Shown here one piece after another: positions 52,888 through 64,000 of a DNA stretch of 64,000 bases (positions within the stretch are counted from its first letter, which is position 1; each line of letters begins with the position of its first letter). The translations under genes and the position numbers were made by a program. Source of the DNA: Octopus vulgaris (taxonomy: Eukaryota); NCBI GenBank assembly GCA_951406725.2, contig OX597819.1, positions 27,032,001 to 27,096,000 on the forward strand, in the 5' to 3' direction. The notes below the pieces were generated by a model. That model saw only the letters and a program-made list of their open reading frames with translations. It did no database searches and was not told where the DNA came from.

Positions 52888-55800
52888 TATAAACATAAGC
52901 ATATATATAAATATATATATATGTGTACATATATACACACATATAAACATAGGCATATATATATATATATATATGTACATATATACACACATATAAACAT
53001 ATATATATATTGTATAGAATCACACCATTAGCAAATAAGTTCAATTGTTATTCGAGAAAGTGCTTTAAAATAATATTATAACATTTATATTGTATATATG
53101 ATTATATTATATATACATATTCACACACACACACACACGCACGACATATATATGCACACACAAAGAAAAAGAGAAATATATATGTGTATATTTACATACT
53201 CATAAATGAATATATATATGTGTATACATGCGCATATATATATATATATATATGTTTGTTAGATAGATACACACACACACATGTAAATTAAATGTGGTGT
53301 ATAAACATTCATGTCATATTCGCCTTGCTACCCCTAAACCTGATTCCATATCTGCACCAACATATAGAAACAGTCGTCCCACAGTCCATCAACCTCATCG
53401 TGATAACCAGTTCGTAATCCAGAGCTTACCATTCACCATTTGTGTAATTTGTACGTAAAAAATTAATTAATTTGAAAAAAAGAAAGAAAAATTACCAAAC
53501 AAAACAATATAATGACATTTATTTTAAGCTTCAGTCAAATATAATTCCTTGCTGAAATGTATCGGAAACCCTCCTGGAAATCTTTAACACGCATGTACAG
53601 TCAGATATACAAACAAAAACAAGTCACCCACCCACGAATATTGTCAATACCTGATCATGAACACACACCCATTTATGCACGTGTATAATATGTACATACA
53701 CACACATTCATGTATATATGTACATTTACGCATATATATTCATATATTTACACATATACACGCATATACATACATATGTAATACTTGTACACTTATAAAC
53801 ACACATATAAGTGTATCTATACACACATATATATGTACCTATATAATATGCGTCTGTATATTATATACATGTTTATTACACACAGACACACGTGTGCGTA
53901 TGTTTGTGTAAATATGCTCTGTGTGTGTGTATGCTTATGTTATGGATTTATATGCCACACTTCTTCAAAACATGCATTACTGGAAATAGGACTATCCCTT
54001 GTTTTAGAACTTCTTTGTTAGGGATATTTTAATGATCCCTAGGACTCCATTGTTTTCTTATTGGAATAACACATTTCCCACGGATATCGATGTCTGTCGA
54101 CTTTCTCATTCATATCTTGTGAATGAATTAACTTTTAGGGGCAATTAGTTTTTCTACCTTTATTGGGGGTGAGAATTTTGTGAAAACTGGTTTGCTGTAA
54201 TTGCCTCATTCATTATTCTAAGTTTATTAATATATATTATAGAAATACAAACATTAAAACTGAATTCGTCTATGAAAACAACCAAACGTAACAAGCCGTT
54301 CAATGAACTTTAATTATGTTATGAATTTTACTAATTCTAATGTAAAAATTAACGTTTTATACTTCATGACGTTAATTCTTACATTGGACAAACAACCACC
54401 ACACGAATCCACTGGTTGACTATGCATCACCAGAAACTACTCAAAGCAAATTTTGGAGAGGAAAATAGCATTAACTAATATAATATTTCATATACAGCAC
54501 TATAGAAAATATCTTTAGTAAAATGTATGACAAAATTTCAAAGATAACGTACCGTAGCCATCAACCATCCATATTTGCAAACGTCTGTGTCTAAGAAATG
54601 AAAGACGAATATTCACAAATGATGGTGCCACATAATGGTCACGGCCAGGAAAATGAAGTACTGTGTACCCTAACAATAAACTAACATACTGACAACAGGC
54701 ACTTTAGAAGAGCACTTGTTTATAGTCGCTGAACCTACGAGACTTAGTACGAAATATTCGAATAATATTTCAACTTAATAAAAACCATTTAGTCCAAATT
54801 ATCATATGAATGCTGCAAAACAACAAAGCAAAATGCCAATAGTCAGAAGAAAAAATTTAGGAATGGTGACGTCTATAGTAATAACTGCAGTAGCTATTCA
54901 GAGGTCTTGCAATAGTAACAGAAAATTCAACAAAAAATCCTCCCTCAGTCAGCCAGATGACATAACTAAAGATTTGAGACGTCGATGGAAATAGGAAATG
55001 TGTTTATTACAAGAGAAATGATTATGAAAACAAAAATATTAAGAAGATGATAAAACTGGAGTACAGTCATGCACCTACATGTCTGTATATCTGTATGCAT
55101 GTAAACATTTACACACACACACACAATTGTATGCGTATACAGATACGTATACATATATACTTATACACATACATGAAGCTACATTCGTGTTATATATATA
55201 TATACATATACTCACACATAAATATATAATTTATATATTCATATACACACATAGAAGACCAATATATGGTCCATAATCCTACGTACATTTACGCAAACAC
55301 ATACACTCAACACACAACAAATACAGTATATAGCTATACAGAAACCTTATCCCATATGCTCGCCTCAAATGTAAAACCATTTTATCGTTTGTCAAGCAAA
55401 TGTTGTATAAGAAACATCCAATATTTGATCATTGGCAAAATGTGTGACTGTGTATGCTTGTTCGATATTTCACTGTATGTATGTGTATGTATAGGCATAC
55501 ATATGCGCATACGTACGTGTGTATACGTCTCTGCTCGTGTATGCGTGTGTATGTATGTGTGTTTGGGCATATAATTTATTTTGTGCATCTGCGCATGAAA
55601 TGTGAAAGTGTGTGTGAGCGAACTAGATGAAAATTGCCACATTTTAATGTTTGATGTTTGAAAAACAGCTTCATAAATTTTCCACACTCAAAGTCGCTCA
55701 TTTTGTTTCATGAATTAATTTTGTGATTATTCTCTCTTTTTTTTTTTAATTCTAATTCAAATTTTTGGTGTTATTACATTTTTTTTTTGTCATTTATATT

Positions 55801-56362
55801 ATAAATATTTTGATTTAAATTTGCTTTTATTCTGTTAATCTTTTTTCTTCATTTACTCCGATTAATTTGACAAAATATATTTGTATATTTGATACGTAGA
55901 AGTAATGATGATAATAATAATGATTAATAATCAGAGTAATAATAATAATCGCAATATTTTCGTTCCATTGTATTTCTTTAGAGAAAATGTATTAATCTAT
56001 TTACTGCCAGATTTCTTCCTATATTAAAGTCTTGAACTGACATATTCTAAAATATTGTTTATTATAAGAATTTATTATTTAAACAATGTATGTCATTTAC
56101 ATACACAAATGTTTTTGTATGCATACATATAAACACCGATTTTCTACCCGATCAGGCCCTACACTCTTATACGTATACATGCGCGTACCCATATATATAT
56201 ACACATACATATATATATATATATATTCGTATTTATTATATATATAAATATGTGTATGTATATACATAATCATATATATTCATTACATATATAGAAATAT
56301 GTATGTATATACATATTCATATATATTTATTATATATATATTACATATTCATACATATACAT

Positions 56363-57037
<675 letters not shown>

Positions 57038-58149
57038 CCATTGTTATTTTTATTCTTGCCTGACGGAAACCAAGATTACGTTTACTGTGCCTGATATAAA
57101 CTGTTACATTACAGAACAATTACTGCATGGAAGCCATCATTCAATTTAAGGTAGGGACCCGTTGCTGAGATCTTAGTTAATGATAGGGCATTGGTAGCGG
57201 TTTTCCGTTAACCTTTTCCAGAGCTCTTCTCAGGTGCGCAAGATAGCGCAATACCAGTACAGATCACAGGCATGGATATGGATACATAAAATATAGCATA
57301 TATATATTATATCACATTATATTGTATTATATTACATTGTATTATATTATATTATATTATATTATATTATATTATATTATATTATATGATATTATATTAT
57401 ATTATGTATGATGAACTAAAGTGGCCAGGTTATCATGCAGTCATATAGAAATGTCAGGTAGACAACATATGTAAGATAGAATAAATAGGAAGACAGACAC
57501 AGAGATAGAACGAATGGAATATGTCACCATTTCTATTAACATGTCTAGATTCTTGTTAAACCTATTTTCTTTTGATTGATTTATTTTTTTATTTATTATT
57601 ATTGTTGCCTCAAAAATGTTAAATTTACACTCACTGAGAAAAAATAAAGAGAAAATTGTCAAATATATTGAACGAATTATTGGAGAAACATATATAAAGT
57701 CATGTCAAAAATATAATAAAATTCTATTTCCCCAAAAGTGCTTGTATTTCTGTTATTTCTCATCATTATGTCCTCCTTTTACATCGTACATTCACTTAGA
57801 GCCTTTACTTTTTGATGTGTATACATTTTATGTTGTCCACGTTTATGCATATACCGTGTAATCAACGGAACAAACTATTCATTAAATTAATGACTGGTTG
57901 AGTACCACCACTGACTCCCTGTCTCAAAGCATGAGTACACTCGGCATTTGCCTGGAGCCTCACGGGTCTTAGGAGCCTAGATATGATTTACGTATGTAGC
58001 TTGTTGTCAAAAAATAAATACCATAGAGGTCAGTGGATTCATTGGCCTGGTGAATTATAATGCAGCTAATACGGTCCTGAATATGACGCTTTGTGACAAC
58101 AAGGATGACGGTTCGAATTACAAGAGCAGTAAGCCAGCTTCCCACACAG

Positions 58150-58273
58150 TTCTCTTCAGTTCTGCTTCACTCTCAAAGATTAATCCACGAGAGACTATGG
58201 TAAGAAACTCAGATGAATCAAACCTTTGACCTCTTGTTTGCAAAACAATTTTCTTAACGATTCGGTTGTATGT

Positions 58274-58340
<67 letters not shown>

Positions 58341-58420
58341 GTTCTAAAATCTACACAGCCTTGGTTTTTTATCTCATTACCAAGAAAAAATTATATATAT
58401 ATATATATATACATATATAC

Positions 58421-58467
<47 letters not shown>

Positions 58468-58471
58468 GTAT

Positions 58472-58536
<65 letters not shown>

Positions 58537-59601
58537 TATATAAAACTGAGATAAAACTTAGCTATGTTTCGACCAAAGATCGGATTATCTAAATCCTTTT
58601 TAAGTCAAGTTTTGTTTATGGTCCATTCAAGCAGTGAGTTCTTGTTGAGTGAGTTGTATCCTATATATATGTGTGTGTGTGTGAGTGTGTGTGTGTGTGC
58701 GTGTTTTACTTGTTTCAGTCATATGACTGCAGCTACGCTGGAACACTTCCTGGATATATTTTGTTGACTTCCTTCGAATTTCACCGTTCCAGGAACGAAA
58801 TATTTCATGGGGGTGATGGACAATGTACTTTTGCTCGCAGACACATTATTAAAGACTGTGACGACAAAGGAAAAAAGAGGGAGTGGCAGGTGGAAACGTT
58901 AAACGTAGGTGGTCTATAATGTATATAAACTGCATTATATTGTCGATGGACATCTCGGAAAATATTTATAATAAAGGACGAGGAAACACCCACAGGACTC
59001 AAATATACCAGGCACACATAAGTATATATGTCACTGAGCCTTGAAAAGTGTTTTAGATTTACTGAAATAATATACCGTTCAAATACGAATGTTTGGCTTA
59101 CAACCGAAATCAATTTAGAATGGTATGGAAAGTTTTTTTCTTTTTGTGTACTGCATATCTGTAGGCCTACCGTATAACTAAAACTTACTTAAAAGTTGAA
59201 AACCTGTGTAAGATAATGTTTATACAGAGTATTTACCGCCTAACTGTACGTCATTTATCCAACTCAAAGATTTATAAAGGTTGAGTGTCATTTTCATGAA
59301 GCTTATGTTAGATATGGTGAATGCTGGTAACTCTGTACCAGTATTTAACAAAATTTAATATGAAGGATGCTCTTTGGTTCATTGCTAGAGGACAGAAGGC
59401 AGAAGTATCTACACGAAAGAAAGCTTCACATTGTAAGTTGTAGCCTGTCTTCATGTTTGATAATGCGTCTAGAGAAAATGCAGACAATGATTACAGAAAC
59501 TTTAATTTAACAAAGACAAGAGTGCTTATATATATATATATGTATATATAATTTTTTCTTGGTAATGAGATAAAAAACCAAGGCTGTGTGGATTTTAGAA
59601 C

Positions 59602-59652
<51 letters not shown>

Positions 59653-59785
59653 TATTTGTACATACAACCGAATCGTTAAGAAAATTGTTTTGCAAACAAG
59701 AGGTCAAAGGTTTGATTCATCTGAGTTTCTTACCATAGTCTCTAGTGGATTAATCTTTGAGAGTGAAGCAGAACTGGAGAGAATA
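58150..59785. repeat. Long-range inverted duplication IR1 (58150-58395 / 59545-59785)
   Basis: About 240 bp, including an internal TA tract, repeated in reverse complement with few differences. Confidence 0.93.
58880..59310 (+). pseudogene. Decayed Tigger/pogo transposase fragment
   Basis: IYRSNTNVWLTTEINLEWY (compare Y.SN..AWMT..IF.EWF) and YLPPNCTSFIQLKD (compare LPPNTTS.IQP.DQG) occur in the correct order. Confidence 0.6.
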
Positions 59786-60472
59786 GAAGACCCATTGTTA
59801 AAAATATCGTTAATAATCATAATGAAGTAAATCTGAGAGAAATGATGATTATTAACGAATAAATACTTGTGCTTCTTATACTAAGAAATTATGGAGAATG
59901 TTCGGGATATTGAAAACAGAAAATTATGATGATATTGATGATGAGGTAACATATTTTTATGCTTGTATGTATTGCTGGGGGCCAACATATCTGCCAGAAA
60001 ACGTGTATAAATTGCTTTGGTTTATCTAGGCACATGAGACTGCACAGACAAGATTAGCAGAATGTTCCAGAACAACATGTCAGAAGAATTTGTAGGAATG
60101 TCGAACCTGCAACAAGTTTTGTAAGTCGCTAGCGAGATTCAAGAGCCATAGTCGTTCTCACATGTAATGATGTGATACGCTTTATTTAGTCAACCATGGT
60201 CATACTCGTTTAAAAAGTCGACAGCCGTCATGTATGTATGGCCTCGTTATGCTATGTACCTGCGTACGATTTTACGAACATATCTCGCCTTCCAAATTCC
60301 CCAATAGAAAGAAAAATACATTGAGGCCACAAAAGGTTGCATACGATGTTGTCAGAAAGTAGAAACCCGAAATAATTACCGCAAGACATCTCATCGTCGT
60401 GCTCTTACATTTTCATCAATTCAAAAATATATACATATAGTATATGTGCGCGTGCACACACACACATGTATG

Positions 60473-60991
<519 letters not shown>

Positions 60992-61151
60992 CAGATGTGT
61001 GTATTTTTCCCGTGTTAACAATTAACACGGAAAACATAAATAAAATGCTAAAATGTTTTATTTCATTTCTTCACTTTGGAATAATATCAGTGATCTCTTC
61101 GAAACAGGTGTCGGAAGTAAAAGTATTTGAATTACGCCTACGTTAAACTCC

Positions 61152-61194
<43 letters not shown>

Positions 61195-61195
<1 letters not shown>

Positions 61196-61473
61196 TGTTG
61201 TCTCTGGGTAGAGTCATTCTCTTTTAGTGCCTTATTATTTAACACACTCACCGGTAAAATTTAACACACTCACCGGTAAAATTTCCACTTATTTCTTATT
61301 TTTATTTTCTACTAAAAATTTTAGAAAATAAAAATAAGAAATAAGTGGAAATTTTACCGGTGAGTGTGTTAAATAATAAGGAAGTAAAAGAGAATGATTC
61401 TCCCCAGACACGACAGAATATGCTTCAACACACGAACTCATATAATGAATCTTGCAAACCAAATCCCAAAACG

Positions 61474-61475
<2 letters not shown>
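61195..61475. mobile_element. Fold-back element (~95-bp arms plus tail) in (TA)n
   Basis: Arms ~61195-61310 and 61323-61416. The left arm has a 22-bp tandem duplication. Confidence 0.75.
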
Positions 61476-61541
<66 letters not shown>

Positions 61542-61724
61542 GACGGCTGTTGACTTTTTAAATGAGTATGACCATGGTTGACTAAATAAAGCGTATCACA
61601 TCATTACATTTTGTGAGCACGACAATGGCTCTTGAATCTCGCTAGCGACTTACAAACCTTGCTGCAGGTTCGACATTCCTACAAATTCTTCTGACTTGTT
61701 GTTCCGGAATATCCTGTTAATCTA

Positions 61725-62000
61725 TAGTGAAAGCGCATGACTCACAATCATGAAGTTGGGATTTCGATTCCCTAATCGGGCGACGTGTTGTGTCCTTGAG
61801 CAAGACACTTTATTTCACGTTGCTCCGGCTCACTCAGTTGTAGAAACCAGTTGCGACGCCACTGGTGCCAAGTTGTATCGGCCCTTGGATAACACTGGTG
61901 GCGTAGAAAGGGGAGGCTGGTATGCACGGGTGACTGCTGGTCTTCCATAAACAACCTGAGAGGATAAATTTCTATGTGTATCCCATGGTCAATCACATCT
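61725..62000 (+). mobile_element. SINE family C copy
   Basis: tgtgtccttgagcaagacactttatttcacgttgctcc CORE-like segment. Confidence 0.8.
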
Positions 62001-62007
62001 GAAGTGG

Positions 62008-62098
<91 letters not shown>

Positions 62099-62238
62099 AA
62101 AGTAAAAAAATATACAAACTGGGACAAGAACGTGAAACATTTAGAAGACGACACAAAAAACACGGACGGGACATTCGAAGCCTTCAATCTTCAGTCAAGA
62201 ACCGGATCATCTTCGCAATTTCGGCTGATTAATCTTGA

Positions 62239-62302
<64 letters not shown>

Positions 62303-62487
62303 CTTAAAAAAAGAATATTGTTGACATTGATTTCGAAGTTTTGGTCAGTTAATCCATCGTCGGGCTGCCGGTCGAAACTTCGAAATCACTGTTAACGACA
62401 TTCTTGTTTAAGAATAATAAATTTGTACTCTACAGATGTATAGAGAAACCTAACAAACCATCAGATTAATATAAAGTTGTTTTTATT

Positions 62488-62552
<65 letters not shown>

Positions 62553-64000
62553 ACGCTGATACACACGAAGATATCTACGAACATATATACGTTCATATGA
62601 GTATGTGCGAGTTGGGGGTGACTGGCATTAAATACAGAAAGTTTATCAGTTGATAGCTGTGAATTTTAAATGAGCCAATTTATTTTTTAGTAGATATTTT
62701 ATGTATTTCTGTAATGTATGCAATGTATGTATGCGTCTATGCATATAGGTTTGTATGTAAACAGTATGTAAGCAGATGGATACGTGAGTGCGTGTGTTTA
62801 TGCTATACAAACAGTTTCTGAGCTGTAGCGACATCAGATATATGTGATATCTTTTCTCTGTCAGAGTATTCCTTCGTGCTCGGTTACGCATGCATGGCTA
62901 ATAAATAATAACTGCCATGTCTTTAATATTTTCTCACACACTATATATATTATATATATGTGATGCATTTTTCATACATGTTTATCTCTCTCTCTCTCTC
63001 TCTCTCTTTCTTTCTCATTTAGGCATACACTAAAAAAGATGTCAATATCAATATATATGCGCAAATATCATATATTTTCTTGCATGTGTGTGTATTTATG
63101 TATAATAAACACACGCATACATATATGTATGTGAAAATATGTATTTATATGCATATATCTACACTCACACAGAAAGTCAAACATATTTTTTGTATACGTA
63201 CGTACATAGCATTCAGACTTTAAAAAAAATGAAGACAAGGTTGTTACATATTTTCATTCAAGGCTTCGGTTGTGTCTAAAGGAATCGTTTAATCGTCGCA
63301 ACACATTGATTTGTGCGCATAATTTATGAATTAGTCAAATAATGAAATAGCCTTCTGCTATTCTCGTCAGACTCTAAAGTTGCTGGTAGCTGATTTTCTG
63401 TGTTTCCAATAAACAAATACTGCAGTGGAGATGTGGTTGCATAGTATCAGAGATATAAACATCGGTAGTTACCCATCCAGATAATTCAGTTGGTTGAAAT
63501 TGTAACTAATTGACGTATCAAATTACCTTGTTTGATTTAGTATAAACTTACCAACGACAGGTTATGATATCATCGAGTTTAAAAGTATGCAAGTACAGAG
63601 AATGTAGAGAAAAGGGGATTTGCTTCTAGATGTCCACTACGATACTCAATGAAAGGGTAGTATGTAGATAATACAGAGAAAATATTTGGAAGTAGTTAAA
63701 TGAAGAAAGAATGGGATAGTGTTCTATTGGATGCAAAGTAAATGTGTATAAATATAATGTGTAATAAATTCTAGAAATAAAATTCTGTTTTGGAATGAAA
63801 TCTCGAAGAACATAAATGCTATAAATGTAATATCACATGTAATATCAGGTTGATAAACGCTTTGGGATTGAAAAATCGAAGGCTGCCGTCGACGTTTTCT
63901 ATCCGAAAGTGTTTTTTCAACTTAATATTAACATGTTATTATTTTTAGCATTTACGTCCTTCGAGATCCAATTCCAAAAAGAATTATTTCACGTTCTCTC

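Noticed and set aside
60030-60120. AG/GT-bounded pseudo-exon (tttatctag|...|gtaagt)
   Set aside because: All three frames contain stops, and it overlaps an inverted duplication.

Overview
This is AT-rich, microsatellite- and SINE-dense eukaryotic DNA. The repeat repertoire looks like an Octopus (coleoid cephalopod) genome, which is an inference. The only host gene I can support is the 3' end of a Munc13-4/BAIAP3 (Unc-13-4) family gene on the + strand. It has three phase-compatible exons (6318-6441, 25600-25802, 46071-46168) encoding the C2B domain and C-terminus, separated by ~19-20 kb introns. The rest is mostly mobile DNA: three tRNA-SINE families, a decayed mariner, hAT/hATm derivatives, a Helitron, MITEs, CR1-type LINE ends and a Tigger relic. 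There is also a 2.3 kb 29-bp satellite and very long (TA)n arrays. The most striking signal is a set of short non-coding inserts inside (TA)n tracts that carry minimal type I hammerhead ribozyme folds at five loci, from four unrelated sequence families, several with non-canonical cores. Two of these are near-perfect fold-backs with a ribozyme on each strand, an architecture like Penelope-like-element pseudo-LTRs. Other leads are a candidate ADAR editing-complementary sequence predicting K>R recoding, a candidate intronic pre-miRNA hairpin, a candidate alternative last exon, a LINE-SINE shared 3' tail, and nested long-range inverted duplications. Most ORFs in the supplied track are microsatellite artefacts.
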